A DNA stretch of 64,000 nt from Limnochordia bacterium (lineage in GTDB: Bacteria; Bacillota; Limnochordia; DTU080), in the NCBI GenBank assembly GCA_050951545.1, contig JBMNJG010000005.1, forward strand, positions 32,001 to 96,000. The letters run 5' to 3'. This document shows positions 8,569-18,275 of this stretch, piece by piece. The translations under genes and the position numbers were made by a program. Numbering within the stretch: position 1 is the first letter of the stretch; each line of letters begins with the position of its first letter. The notes under the pieces were generated by a model that was not told where the DNA came from, did no database searches, and saw only the letters and a program-made list of their open reading frames with translations.

Positions 8569-9005
8569 GACTGCAACAGGTGTCGGTTTTCCTTGAGAAC
8601 AAGACAGGACGCCTCAATTCGGTGATCCACACGCTTGCCACCGCAGGCATCAACATTACCACCCTCACCTTGGCGGACACGCAGCAGTTCGGAATCTTGC
8701 GACTGATCATTGAGAACTGGCAAGAGGCCAAAGCGGTACTGGAAGAGGCTGGCGCAGTAGTCAGGGTGACCGACGTGCTGGCGTTGGAGGTCAAAGACGA
8801 GCCCGGTGGATTAGCTGCGATTTTGAGCACCGTGCATGACGTCGGTGTCGGAGTGGAGTATATGTACGCCTTCACAGTCAAGGCCCAGGAGCACGCGGTG
8901 CTCATCTTCCGCTTCGATGACATGGATAAGGCCATCAAGGCGTTGTGTGAGCGCGGCGTGCACCTCATCTCGCCAGCGCAGCTGTTCAAGCATCCCAGTG
9001 CATAA
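8565..9005 (+). CDS. ACT domain (amino acid-binding) protein
   Basis: QVSVFLENKTGRL...DTQQFGILRLI...DEPGGL...VEYMYAF; double-ACT protein typically linked to paaK; overlapping ATGA. Confidence 0.88.
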   Translation: MRLQQVSVFLENKTGRLNSVIHTLATAGINITTLTLADTQQFGILRLIIENWQEAKAVLEEAGAVVRVTDVLALEVKDEPGGLAAILSTVHDVGVGVEYMYAFTVKAQEHAVLIFRFDDMDKAIKALCERGVHLISPAQLFKHPSA

Positions 9006-9011
9006 GCGCTC

Positions 9012-9053
9012 AGTACACAACAGCGGCTCTCATCCGAGCCGCTGTTGTGTACT
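9012..9053. terminator. Hairpin between convergent operons, probable bidirectional terminator
   Basis: Perfect 18-bp inverted repeat AGTACACAACAGCGGCTC-6 nt-GAGCCGCTGTTGTGTACT. Confidence 0.8.
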
Positions 9054-9058
9054 ATCCG

Positions 9059-9352
9059 CTACTTTACACGAACGCACCAGTTCCAGCCGTTGTTGTTGTC
9101 CCAGTTGTTTGCCGTATCTTTGAAACACATGTTGATCTCACTCTTCGCGTCTGCCTTGACACTCGTCCTGAAGGATCCATCCACGTCCCTAGTCATCCAG
9201 ATATCGCTGGGCTCTCTCCAACCGTCAAAGCCGCAGTGAAGCAAGACGCCACTTGCCCCAGAGTTGCGAAGCAAGCCTGCATAGGTGACATCAACGCTGT
9301 CCTTGGTTTTCACGGACTCCTTGCTGACATGAACGCCATTATCTAACCACAT
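9059..9352 (-). CDS. Stand-alone starch/glycogen-binding module protein (CBM25/CBM53-like)
   Basis: VTYAGLL...LHCGFDGW...INMCFKDTANNWDNNNGWNW; the WDNN motif is typical of these modules; GGAGGTGA RBS. Confidence 0.75.
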   Translation of the reverse strand: MWLDNGVHVSKESVKTKDSVDVTYAGLLRNSGASGVLLHCGFDGWREPSDIWMTRDVDGSFRTSVKADAKSEINMCFKDTANNWDNNNGWNWCVRVK

Positions 9353-9357
9353 GAGCG

Positions 9358-9777
9358 TCACCTCCGTGACGTAGTATCACCATCGAGCAGATCACTATCC
9401 GCGATCTCCCAGGCGTCAACATCACGAGTGGCTACTACGGCGCTACCCAAGCCAAAGAGGTCAGGCGACACCACATCGCCGCGTCGCACAGGGGCCGTAA
9501 CCATCACACTTCGCAACTCGTCGCGAAGACGGCGCACTTCATTCCGAGGAACAGGCTTCTCCGTCTTCACTGGTAACAGACGCTCCGTACCGCCGATTAC
9601 GCGTACGGTGGTGGTTAGCGTCCTACGGGGATCAGTGTGTTCTAGCGCAGCGAATTCCTTGCCCCGCTTGCATTGGTAGCCGCGTATGTCATGAATCTCG
9701 TGACCAGAATGCTCTACTTCCAGGCTGCAGCCCAGTGGGCAGCCGATGCACAGATACTTCGTCAGTGTAGTGGACAT
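9358..9777 (-). CDS. DUF1667 family CxxCPxGC protein
   Basis: CIGCPLGC...GYQCKRG...PRRTLTTTV...LPVKT; usual third gene of glpA-like operons. Confidence 0.85.
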   Translation of the reverse strand: MSTTLTKYLCIGCPLGCSLEVEHSGHEIHDIRGYQCKRGKEFAALEHTDPRRTLTTTVRVIGGTERLLPVKTEKPVPRNEVRRLRDELRSVMVTAPVRRGDVVSPDLFGLGSAVVATRDVDAWEIADSDLLDGDTTSRR

Positions 9778-9813
9778 AACACTGCCTCCTCCGCAGAACC
9801 ACACATCTGCCAC

Positions 9814-11073
9814 CTAGGGCAAACGCAACTCCACAGGCACCGTTGCCCCCTGAAAACCACGGAAATGCTCTGGCTTCACGCGCAGAGTGATCATCTCGGC
9901 CGGGAAAGCATAGCGCAACCTCTTCTCGTAGAGATCACCCAAGGCAATACTGCATCTTTCCTGGGGGCGACGAACACGCAGATAGACGGTGTGCTCCCGA
10001 TCCGTGGAGATGGTATGTGGTACGCAGTAGGCTATGCCGGAGCCAGGTACCAGCTTGATCGTGTCTGCTAACGGTTGTTGACCCGTAGCATGGGCTCCGG
10101 CACTTCGGCCTGCCAAGAAAGCCTCCTCAGTGACGAAGTCCACGAGATCATGGATGTGAACAACGTTACCACAGGCGAAGACGCCTGGCAGTGAGGTCTC
10201 CATCGTACTGGTGACGATCGGGCCGTTGGTCACGGCGTCCATCTGCAGTCCGAGGTGACGAGAGAGCTCGTTCTCGGGAATGAGGCCAATGGCCAGAAGC
10301 AACGTATCGCACGCGATCTCGCGCCCTCTGCCCGGAATGGGTCGCAGCTGCTCATCTACGGGGGCCACTGTGACCTTCTCCAGACGATGGCGACCGTGGA
10401 TCTCAGCCACGGTATGCGAAAGCGAGAGCGGAATGTCATAGTCATGGAGGCACTGCACGATATTGCGATTAAGTCCGTTGGCGTAGGGCATGATCTCGTA
10501 GACTCCACACACCTCAACACCCTCAAGCGTAAGGCGTCTGGCCATGATTAGCCCGATATCGCCTGATCCGAGAATAACCGCCCTGCGGCCAGGCAAATAC
10601 CCCATGATATTGACCAGCTTCTGAGCAAGCCCCGCCGTCAACACACCCGCTGGTCGAGAACCAGGAATGTGAATAGCACCCCGGGTACGTTCCCTGGCCC
10701 CCATAGCGAGCACCACGGCGCTGGCCGATATGGTCTTCATCCCGTGAGCAGTCGAGATGAAGGTGACATGCAGCGCAGGGTTGATATCTAGCACAAAAGC
10801 ATCCGTTACGACGTGAATCCCTTCAGCTCTGATCTGCTCAAGGAAGTTCTGAGCGTACTCCGGCCCCGTCAGCTCCTCCTTGAAGTAGTGCAGCCCGAAT
10901 CCCGCGTGAATGCACTGCCACAGAATGCCGCCGGCTTCCTTTTCCCGGTCGATGATCAAGATCCGCTGAGCTCCAGCCTCGCGAGCACCCAACGCCGCGG
11001 CCATACCTGCGGGCCCTCCCCCGATCACCACCACGTCATATTCAGGCCACAGTTGCCTGCTGCACGCATTCAC
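9814..11073 (-). CDS. NAD(P)/FAD-dependent oxidoreductase (pyridine nucleotide-disulfide family, partner of the GlpA-like dehydrogenase)
   Basis: [38 protein letters not shown] and [11 protein letters not shown] motifs. Confidence 0.9.
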   Translation of the reverse strand: MNACSRQLWPEYDVVVIGGGPAGMAAALGAREAGAQRILIIDREKEAGGILWQCIHAGFGLHYFKEELTGPEYAQNFLEQIRAEGIHVVTDAFVLDINPALHVTFISTAHGMKTISASAVVLAMGARERTRGAIHIPGSRPAGVLTAGLAQKLVNIMGYLPGRRAVILGSGDIGLIMARRLTLEGVEVCGVYEIMPYANGLNRNIVQCLHDYDIPLSLSHTVAEIHGRHRLEKVTVAPVDEQLRPIPGRGREIACDTLLLAIGLIPENELSRHLGLQMDAVTNGPIVTSTMETSLPGVFACGNVVHIHDLVDFVTEEAFLAGRSAGAHATGQQPLADTIKLVPGSGIAYCVPHTISTDREHTVYLRVRRPQERCSIALGDLYEKRLRYAFPAEMITLRVKPEHFRGFQGATVPVELRLP

Positions 11074-12509
11074 AGCGGCTTCGCCCCCTCCACTGGTTCA
11101 ACAGCGATCCACGACGCCCCATCGCCTTTGGTGATGTCCGAAAGATCCACCCTGAGCTCTCTGGCCAACAGCTCCATACAGCGCGCCGTACAGAAACCGC
11201 CTTGACAGCGCCCCATGCCAGCCCGCGTACGAAACTTCAATCCGTCCAGGGTACGCGCCCCCGCCCGAATGGCTGCCAAGATCTCTCCCTCAGTCACGTG
11301 CTCACAGCGACAGACGATACGCCCATAGCTGGGATCCTTCTCGATGAGACGACGCTGCTCATCCCGACTCAACTCAGCGAAGCGAATCCACTTGGGCAGC
11401 GCAGGCACGTAGTCATCTCGATGCACCAGCTGTAACCCCTCGTCTGCGAGAATGGCCACAACACGTTGAGCGATAGCTGGAGCCGCAGTAAGCCCAGGTG
11501 ACTGAATGCCAGCCACGTTGACGAATCCTGGCAATGTCGTGGCACCAATAATGAAATCCTCTGAAGGAGCTACCGCCCGTAGACCTGCAAACTGCGCAAT
11601 GCAGTCACGCTCAGAGATCGCTGGCACCAATGCTTTCACGGCTCGGAAGACCTCTCGGAAACCAGCCTCCGACGTGGTCCAATCCTCTTTGCTTGGGACG
11701 AAATGCGAGGTCGGCCCCACCATGATGGTTCCCTCCACGGTGGGGATCACGAGAATGCCCTTGGATGTCTCACTGGGACACGGGAAGATGGTACGCTTGA
11801 CTAAACCCGCCAAGCGCTTGTCGAGAAGGTACTCCTCTCCTTTGCGGATGCGCAGCGTGAAATCGCCGACACCAGCCATGGCTGCCACCTCGTCGGCATG
11901 AATCCCTGCGGCATTGATCACGAAGCGAGCCCGAAGATCACCCCTAGAGGCCTCCACCAAGAGTACGCCCTCTTCGCGGCGAATACCAGTCACCTGGTTC
12001 TCCAAGGAGATCTCCACCCCGTTGCACCGAGCGTGATGTGCCATCTGCATGCAGGCCTCATAGGGGTTGACCACCCCTGAAGTGGGAGCATACAAAGCAG
12101 CCTGCACCTGAGGAGCAAGGTTTGGCTCCTCTTGCCGTATACGCTGCTGATCCCATAGCTCGAGACCCGGTACGCCCTTGGCCTCGCCTTGCCTCTTCAG
12201 TCTCTTTAAGACCGCTGCTTCCTCATTGGTCCGGGCGACAGTGAGTTCACCCACACGCCTGAAGCCAAAACCCAGATCCGCCTGGAGTTGGTCCCACATC
12301 TGATTGCCAGACCACTCCAAATCCCCTTTGAGCGTCTCACGGGAGGAATGGTGTCCAGCATGAATGATACCGCTGTTGGCCTTGCTGGTGCCCGAAGCTA
12401 CATCAGAGCCTTTCTCCAATACGATGATCCGCAAGCGGTAACGTGCCAGCTCGCGCGCGATGGCGCAACCTACGATACCACCGCCCACAATAGCCACGTC
12501 GTAGAGCAA
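11070..12509 (-). CDS. FAD-dependent glycerol-3-phosphate dehydrogenase-like (GlpA/LhgO family) protein with BFD-like [2Fe-2S] tail
   Basis: [28 protein letters not shown] and CRCE...[10 protein letters not shown] motifs; TTG start after GAGGTGG. Confidence 0.88.
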   Translation of the reverse strand: MLYDVAIVGGGIVGCAIARELARYRLRIIVLEKGSDVASGTSKANSGIIHAGHHSSRETLKGDLEWSGNQMWDQLQADLGFGFRRVGELTVARTNEEAAVLKRLKRQGEAKGVPGLELWDQQRIRQEEPNLAPQVQAALYAPTSGVVNPYEACMQMAHHARCNGVEISLENQVTGIRREEGVLLVEASRGDLRARFVINAAGIHADEVAAMAGVGDFTLRIRKGEEYLLDKRLAGLVKRTIFPCPSETSKGILVIPTVEGTIMVGPTSHFVPSKEDWTTSEAGFREVFRAVKALVPAISERDCIAQFAGLRAVAPSEDFIIGATTLPGFVNVAGIQSPGLTAAPAIAQRVVAILADEGLQLVHRDDYVPALPKWIRFAELSRDEQRRLIEKDPSYGRIVCRCEHVTEGEILAAIRAGARTLDGLKFRTRAGMGRCQGGFCTARCMELLARELRVDLSDITKGDGASWIAVEPVEGAKPL

Positions 12510-12523
12510 TTCTACCACCTCAT

Positions 12524-12562
12524 AAAAAAAGAGGCACTCCTCCCTGGGGGAGGAGCCCTCTC
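12524..12562 (-). terminator. Leader terminator (attenuator) of the glpA-like operon, probable GlpP target
   Basis: Minus strand GAGAGGGCTCCTCCC-cca-GGGAGGAGTGCCTC-TTTTTTT lies immediately before the RBS; glpP is divergent next door. Confidence 0.8.
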
Positions 12563-12722
12563 TATATCGCCGTGCTCCTGCTTATCACATGCTATTCACT
12601 TCATCAGCTTAAGAGTAGCTTGAGCATCAGCGTTTGTCAAGAACCGCCCCCACAGGTAGGTTGCCGCAGGAACCCGATGTACACTCAGCGAAGGCTCCTA
12701 CCTAGACAAGGCCGAAGGGAGA

Positions 12723-13328
12723 ATGTGGATCATGCGCCCCACGAAGGTGTCGCCCCGAGGATTTCATTCATTGCTGCAGGGTTGTCGGGTTATCCCCGGC
12801 CTGAAAACGCTTCACATGCTCAAGCAAGCCTTTGCTGTTCAGGCTCCAATCCTTTTCTTCCTAACGGGAACTATCTTTACTCTTCGTGAAGCCGTCCGTC
12901 ACTGCAACGAGCAAGGAGTGCTCCTGTTTGCCCATGTGGATCTTCTGCAAGGCATCGGCAAAGACCCAGAGGGCATGCGCTATCTGGCCCATGAGATCGG
13001 GGTCAGTGGCATCTTGAGCACCCGCAGTTTCCTTATTAAGGCAGCCGCGAACGAAGGACTACTCACTGTCCAGCGCCTGTTTGCCCTGGACTCTGAGGCA
13101 CTCAAAACTGGTCTTGATGTCATCAAGACCTCCCGCCCGGATGCTGTAGAGATCCTCCCCGCTCTGGTGCTACCGTCCATTTCGCACCGGTTTCCCTTTG
13201 CCGAGCTACCTCCGGTGATCGCAGGAGGGTTGCTCGAAACGCGCGCCGAGGTAGAGGCCGTTCTGAAAACGCCCGTGGTGGCCGTGTCTGCCAGTCGGCC
13301 AGAACTGTGGCGCTGCAGCGGAAGCTAG
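12723..13328 (+). CDS. glpP: Glycerol-3-phosphate-responsive antiterminator
   Basis: HVDLLQGIGKD, GILSTR, VQRLFALDSEAL, PDAVEILP and PVIAGGLL motifs. Confidence 0.9.
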   Translation: MWIMRPTKVSPRGFHSLLQGCRVIPGLKTLHMLKQAFAVQAPILFFLTGTIFTLREAVRHCNEQGVLLFAHVDLLQGIGKDPEGMRYLAHEIGVSGILSTRSFLIKAAANEGLLTVQRLFALDSEALKTGLDVIKTSRPDAVEILPALVLPSISHRFPFAELPPVIAGGLLETRAEVEAVLKTPVVAVSASRPELWRCSGS

Positions 13329-13350
13329 GCACGCGTCCGAGCTGCACTCC

Positions 13351-14133
13351 CTAGAGGATCTTTGCCCCAGCGGCCCGATCAATGTACAGAGTCGCGCTGG
13401 CGTGCTTGCGCATGATGGAGGCCGGGCATGAGGTCGCTATTGGCCCGTTGATCGTCCTTTCTACTGCTTCTGCCTTAGTAGGACCTGGCACGATGCAGTG
13501 GATCTCTTTCGCCTCCATAATGGCCGGTACCGTCATTGTCAATGCATGAGTGGGTACAGCGTCGATATGGGGGAAGCAACCGTCGTTGACCTGCTGTTGT
13601 CTGCAGACCTGATCTAACTCAACCACCTTGACGGTCTTCGGATCGCTGAAATCTGCCACAGGGGGATCGTTAAACGCCAAGTGCCCGTTCTCCCCAATGC
13701 CCACACAAGCGATATCCAGAGGATTCGCCTTCAGTAGGGCAGTGTAGCGTTCACACTCCGCCTCAGACTCGGCCGTGACGTCGATCAAGTGAATCTTGCC
13801 AAAGGTGACCCGCCCAAACAGGTGGTCCTCGAGATACTTGGCGAAACGTTGAGGTGCACCAGCCGGAAGACCGATATACTCATCAAGATGGAAAGCCGTT
13901 ACCCGAGACCAATCGATCCCCTCCGCTGCGGTCAGCGCGTCCAGAAACTCGTTCTGTGAAGGTGCGGCCGCAAACACCATGCTGACGCGATCTTGAGACG
14001 CCAGTAACGAGCGCATCTTGTTGGCTACTGCCTGGCCAGCTGCCGCACCCATATCTTGCCGGGTCTCGTAGATCTTGACCTGCAACTGATCGGCGGCGCG
14101 CGTGGCCACGGGCTTTACACCATTCTTAGCCAT
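13351..14133 (-). CDS. nagB: Glucosamine-6-phosphate deaminase family protein
   Basis: FAAAPSQNEFL, FHLDEYIGL, GIGENGHLAFNDP and CPASI motifs. Confidence 0.85.
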   Translation of the reverse strand: MAKNGVKPVATRAADQLQVKIYETRQDMGAAAGQAVANKMRSLLASQDRVSMVFAAAPSQNEFLDALTAAEGIDWSRVTAFHLDEYIGLPAGAPQRFAKYLEDHLFGRVTFGKIHLIDVTAESEAECERYTALLKANPLDIACVGIGENGHLAFNDPPVADFSDPKTVKVVELDQVCRQQQVNDGCFPHIDAVPTHALTMTVPAIMEAKEIHCIVPGPTKAEAVERTINGPIATSCPASIMRKHASATLYIDRAAGAKIL

Positions 14134-14267
14134 CTGTCTACTCCCCTTTTCTGGATGATCTTGCCCAAATTCCTTCGTCATCAAGCTCCTAAGTCCCTTC
14201 CAACTTGGCGCGGTGCCCTATGTTCGGTAAAGTAAGGGTGCTAAGCCGAATAACCCTCAAACAAGGA

Positions 14268-14328
14268 GCATGCGTGTCGACGGCCAACCAGCGCGAAAGT
14301 TGAGGCCGCCGGCATGCCCGCACAGCGT
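14268..14328. repeat. Inverted pair of the ~25-bp dispersed intergenic motif forming a hairpin upstream of rtcB
   Basis: GCGTGTCGACGGCC...GGCCGCCGGCATGC pairs at 13 of 14 positions allowing G-U; both arms match the copies at 19783, 32694 and 34532. Confidence 0.7.
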
Positions 14329-14357
14329 AACATGATTTTCTAAGGAAGTGAGAACCC

Positions 14358-15896
14358 GTGCATAGCATGCCCGCTGGCGTTGGCAAGCTTGTCGCTGTCG
14401 ACCGAGATGCTAACCGATGGAACCTGATTGGCGACACGCCCACACCTGTTACGCCGCAGTTTTTCGCAAACCAGGCTATCGTGAAGTCATTGGAGGATGA
14501 GCTGCTTCTCCAAGTACTCCAAACGGCGCAGATCCCTCATCTCAGCCACCTGGGCTATACGGCAGACGCTCACCTCGGTCGCGGGACTGCCATTGGCACT
14601 ACCATGGTAGCGAACCTAGACGAAGAGCCCATGATCTCTGCCTCTACTGTCGGTGTCGATATCGGGTGCGGGCTTAGTGTCCAGCTTACCCCGCTGTCTA
14701 CCTATGATCTACAAGATCAATCCACCATCCGTTCCTGGATGAAACTGGTAGAGAAGGCCGTCAGACCTGGAGAAGGTCGCAAGAGCCCCTACAAACTGAA
14801 TGGAGACGAACTTTGGGCCGCAGCAGTCGCTGGGCCAGCGAGTGTTCGTGGCAGCTTAGCCCGGCTGTTAGCAGCCCCGGAAGAAGGCATGCACATCGAA
14901 GACAGCCATCTGCACGTTGTGGCAGCAGCTTCAGCCAGTGGAATCACCCTCAAAGACGCGAAAGAGCACATCAGTAAGCGCGCCTGGCAACGAACCCATA
15001 CCACTGTCGGCACTCTTGGTGGGGGCAACCATTTCCTCGAGTTGCAGGTCATCAGAGTGATGCCGGGCATGCATGATCTGGCCAGCACCTGGGGCCTGCG
15101 CGACGGCCAGGTGGTGGTGATGCTGCACAGTGGATCAAGGGGCGGCGGTCATCAGATCGCGCAGGAATACGAGAAGATGATGCTGGCCGAGATGAAAGCC
15201 CGTTCTCTACCCCGACCCAACCCAGAGATCGCTTACGTGCCCTTGCATACACCTCTTGGCGCTGCTTACATGCTCGCTCAGGCCTTCGCCCTCAACGTTA
15301 GCCGCCTCAACCGCATGCTGATGCGCAAGGCTATCCGTCAAGCATTCAACACTGTCTACGGAATCAACGAGTCAGAGATCGAACTGCTCTATGACATTGC
15401 CCATAACTTCTGCGCCTGCGAGGAACACCACGGTCAGCAGTATCTCGTACACCGCAAAGGAGCCACAAAGGCTCTTCCTGCTGACCACCCCGGCAACTCA
15501 CCGATCTTCAGGACAACCGGGCATCCCGTGATCATCCCTGGCAGCATGGGGGCTCGGTCACGCAGCTACATTCTAGTGGGGCAACCCAGCGGAGCTGTCA
15601 ATTACTACACTGTCAACCATGGTGCTGGCCGTACCATGTCGCGTCGTCAAGCCAGACAACGCATTGGCGTGGAAGAGTTTGAGGCCAGCCTCACCTACAC
15701 AAAGGAGGAGCTGTCAGAGCTTCCGTTTTCGCTTCCCGTAAGCCAAGTGATGCTCAACAAGCGCGACCTCCGAGAGGTCATCGATGAGGCACCAAGCGCC
15801 TACAAGGCGTCGAAGGAGATCATTGATTCCGTCGTCGGGGCTGGTCTAGCCAACGTAGTCGCCGAGTGTCTGCCAGTCGCCTGCATCAAGGGATAG
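14358..15896 (+). CDS. rtcB: RtcB family RNA ligase
   Basis: DAHLG, VGVDIGCG, GTLGGGNHFLE, HSGSRG, HN, HRKGAT, PGSMG, HGAGR, EAPSAYK and C-terminal KG motifs. Confidence 0.93.
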   Translation: MHSMPAGVGKLVAVDRDANRWNLIGDTPTPVTPQFFANQAIVKSLEDELLLQVLQTAQIPHLSHLGYTADAHLGRGTAIGTTMVANLDEEPMISASTVGVDIGCGLSVQLTPLSTYDLQDQSTIRSWMKLVEKAVRPGEGRKSPYKLNGDELWAAAVAGPASVRGSLARLLAAPEEGMHIEDSHLHVVAAASASGITLKDAKEHISKRAWQRTHTTVGTLGGGNHFLELQVIRVMPGMHDLASTWGLRDGQVVVMLHSGSRGGGHQIAQEYEKMMLAEMKARSLPRPNPEIAYVPLHTPLGAAYMLAQAFALNVSRLNRMLMRKAIRQAFNTVYGINESEIELLYDIAHNFCACEEHHGQQYLVHRKGATKALPADHPGNSPIFRTTGHPVIIPGSMGARSRSYILVGQPSGAVNYYTVNHGAGRTMSRRQARQRIGVEEFEASLTYTKEELSELPFSLPVSQVMLNKRDLREVIDEAPSAYKASKEIIDSVVGAGLANVVAECLPVACIKG

Positions 15897-15901
15897 GTCT
15901 G

Positions 15902-15954
15902 TTGACTCAGAAGCGGACCGGGTGTATACTCATCTCGTAATCTAACGAGATGAG
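15902..15954 (+). promoter_or_regulatory. Sigma-A promoter overlapped by an ArsR-type operator
   Basis: TTGACT-17 bp-TATACT, with inverted repeat CTCATCTCGT-aatcta-ACGAGATGAG (15929-15954) over the start site of arsR. Confidence 0.8.
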
Positions 15955-15966
15955 GATGATGAACAG

Positions 15967-16365
15967 ATGCTCCCGGAATGTCTTTCCGTCATGAAAGCAG
16001 CCAGCGATGGCACACGTCTACGCATCCTCAAGCTGCTGCAAGGGCGCGAATTGTGCGTCTGCCAGATCATGGCTGTTCTTGATATGAGCTCCTCTACGGT
16101 CTCTACGCATCTGGCGACCCTACGCCAGGCGGGGCTCGTACGCGATGCTAGAGAAGGACGCTGGGTCTACTACTCGTGGGAAACACAGCACCGCAATCCC
16201 TACGCGATACCCCTTCTGACTCTACTACGGAGCTGGTTGGAGAACGACTCCCAGATCGAGGCAGACAACGCCCGACTGCAGCAGATCACCCAAATGCCCC
16301 TGGACGAGCTCTGTGTTGAACGCGGAAGAGTAAAACTCACCGAAAAGGAAGGCGAACTGCTATGA
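15967..16365 (+). CDS. ArsR/SmtB family transcriptional repressor
   Basis: SDGTRLRILKLL, ELCVCQI (alpha3 Cys site), STVSTHLATLRQAGLV and GRWVYY motifs. Confidence 0.92.
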   Translation: MLPECLSVMKAASDGTRLRILKLLQGRELCVCQIMAVLDMSSSTVSTHLATLRQAGLVRDAREGRWVYYSWETQHRNPYAIPLLTLLRSWLENDSQIEADNARLQQITQMPLDELCVERGRVKLTEKEGELL

Positions 16366-17591
16366 CCACCAGACGAGCGGGAAGCGCGCGAAACACCTGG
16401 ATCCAGCGACTGACCAGCCCTGAGTGGCGAGGATTCTACGTGATCGCCACCGTCTTCCTGGCAGCCTATTTCGTCCCATTCGAGCATCCCCGCGTCTCTC
16501 AGGCCCTCGTAGAGTCGTTTCTGATGCTCCAGGAATACGCACGCGACCATGTGTTGCTTTGCCTCGTACCAGCTCTCTTCATCGCAGGGGCTATCGCCAA
16601 TTTCCTTTCGCAAGGAGCCGTTGTGCGCTACTTCGGCGCCGGTGCCAGCAAGATCGTTGCCTACTCAGTGGCCTCTGTTTCGGGCACCATTCTCGCGGTC
16701 TGCTCGTGCACTGTGCTCCCTTTGTTCGCAGGTATCTACCGCCGAGGTGCTGGCATCGGGCCAGCTACCACGTTCTTGTATGCGGGTCCCGCTATCAACA
16801 TCCTCGCCATCATCTTGACTGGTCGCATCCTGGGCTGGCAGCTCGCTCTAGCGAGAGCCATAGGGGCTGTCGTCTTCGCAATCGTGATCGGACTGCTTAT
16901 GGCTGCCATGTTCAACAATGACGACCACACAGAGCAGACCACGACCACGCTTGGCGACCCGACTACTGAGTTAGACACTCGCTCTCCGGTCCAGAACGCG
17001 CTCTTTTTCGTCACGTTGGTCGCTATCCTTGTCTTCGCTGCCTGGGGCAAACCTGCAGAGTCGATGGGATTCTGGAGCGCCATCTATGGCACCAAGTGGC
17101 CTATCACCGGGGCCTTGCTCTTGCTACTGTGCCTGATTCTGAGTCGCTGGTTTACTGGCGAAGAGCGTTCAGCCTGGGTCCGTGCTAGCTGGGGGTTTGG
17201 CCAGCAGATTCTCCCTCTGCTTTTCGGTGGTGTGCTCGTCGCGGGGCTGCTGATGGGCCGACCCGGTACAGATGCAGGCCTGATCCCTTCACGCTATGTC
17301 GCGATGGCCGTGGGCGGAAATTCGCTAGCTGCTAACCTCTTGGCTTCCGTAGCAGGGGCGTTCATGTATTTTGCCACACTGACGGAGGTTCCGATTCTGC
17401 AGGGACTGCTAGGCTCCGGGATGGGCCAGGGACCGGCGCTGGCACTACTTCTGGCGGGGCCTGCCCTTAGCCTCCCGAGTATGCTCGTACTACGAAGTGT
17501 TCTGGGAACTAAGAAGACGATGGTCTTTGTGGGGCTTGTTATCGCCACAGCTACCACTGCCGGCATGCTGTACGGAGCATTGGTGGCGTAG
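16362..17591 (+). CDS. ArsP/DUF318 family permease
   Basis: Multiple TM helices; LAVCSCTVLPLF, GPAIN, YFATLTEVP and GPALSLP motifs. Confidence 0.88.
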   Translation: MTTRRAGSARNTWIQRLTSPEWRGFYVIATVFLAAYFVPFEHPRVSQALVESFLMLQEYARDHVLLCLVPALFIAGAIANFLSQGAVVRYFGAGASKIVAYSVASVSGTILAVCSCTVLPLFAGIYRRGAGIGPATTFLYAGPAINILAIILTGRILGWQLALARAIGAVVFAIVIGLLMAAMFNNDDHTEQTTTTLGDPTTELDTRSPVQNALFFVTLVAILVFAAWGKPAESMGFWSAIYGTKWPITGALLLLLCLILSRWFTGEERSAWVRASWGFGQQILPLLFGGVLVAGLLMGRPGTDAGLIPSRYVAMAVGGNSLAANLLASVAGAFMYFATLTEVPILQGLLGSGMGQGPALALLLAGPALSLPSMLVLRSVLGTKKTMVFVGLVIATATTAGMLYGALVA

Positions 17592-17616
17592 ATACCAACT
17601 GGAAAAGAGGCGGGAA

Positions 17617-17865
17617 ATGGTTATTCGCATCTTGGGCACAGGTTGTGCCAAATGTGAGGAGCTTGGGCGCCGGGCCCGAGCAGCTGCGGAGGCACTCCAC
17701 GTTGAAGCAGAGTTCACGAAGGTGACAGACCTGAACGAAATCGTCTCCTACGATGTCTTGCTGACACCTGCGTTGGTGATTAATGACAAAGTGAAAGCGT
17801 CGGGCCGGCTGCCCAACCAGGCCGAGATCGAGCGCTGGATCGCGCAAGAGTCCGAGGCTGACTGA
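17617..17865 (+). CDS. Small redox-active disulfide protein (MTH895-like thioredoxin fold)
   Basis: MVIRILGTGCAKC...TPALVINDKVKASGRLP. Confidence 0.88.
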   Translation: MVIRILGTGCAKCEELGRRARAAAEALHVEAEFTKVTDLNEIVSYDVLLTPALVINDKVKASGRLPNQAEIERWIAQESEAD

Positions 17866-17867
17866 CC

Positions 17868-18275
17868 TCAGATGCAGCGAAGCGCGACATGCACAACATG
17901 CCGCGCTTCCCTATCTGCCCTTTGGGCATCGGCCAGTGAGTACTCCTCCGTCGGGATAAAATCGACGTCTCCGTAGAAGGCGAATTCGCGTTCTTTTCGC
18001 AGCCACTTCGAGGTGGCAGCAAGAACTGGCAACTCCTGCCGCACATCCTCGACAAAGCGAGAGCTGTGATCGACAAGCAAGCCCCCCACATCGTGTTGCT
18101 TCGGCGGCTCAACGCCAACCAACCTCAACATGGCCTTGAGAGCCAGCTCAACAACCTCCTGGGCTTCCCGCACGACATCGGAGTAGGCCTGCTCCTCAAG
18201 CAGCACCTCAAGCACACGCAACCTCTTTTGGGCCTTTTCCAGATAAGCGAGTGCCAGTGAGCGACCAGTCACCAT
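17868..18275 (-). CDS. HEPN domain protein (putative toxin)
   Basis: YSDVVREAQEVVELALKA...PPKQHDVG...RKEREFAFYG; overlaps the upstream MNT gene. Confidence 0.82.
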   Translation of the reverse strand: MVTGRSLALAYLEKAQKRLRVLEVLLEEQAYSDVVREAQEVVELALKAMLRLVGVEPPKQHDVGGLLVDHSSRFVEDVRQELPVLAATSKWLRKEREFAFYGDVDFIPTEEYSLADAQRADREARHVVHVALRCI

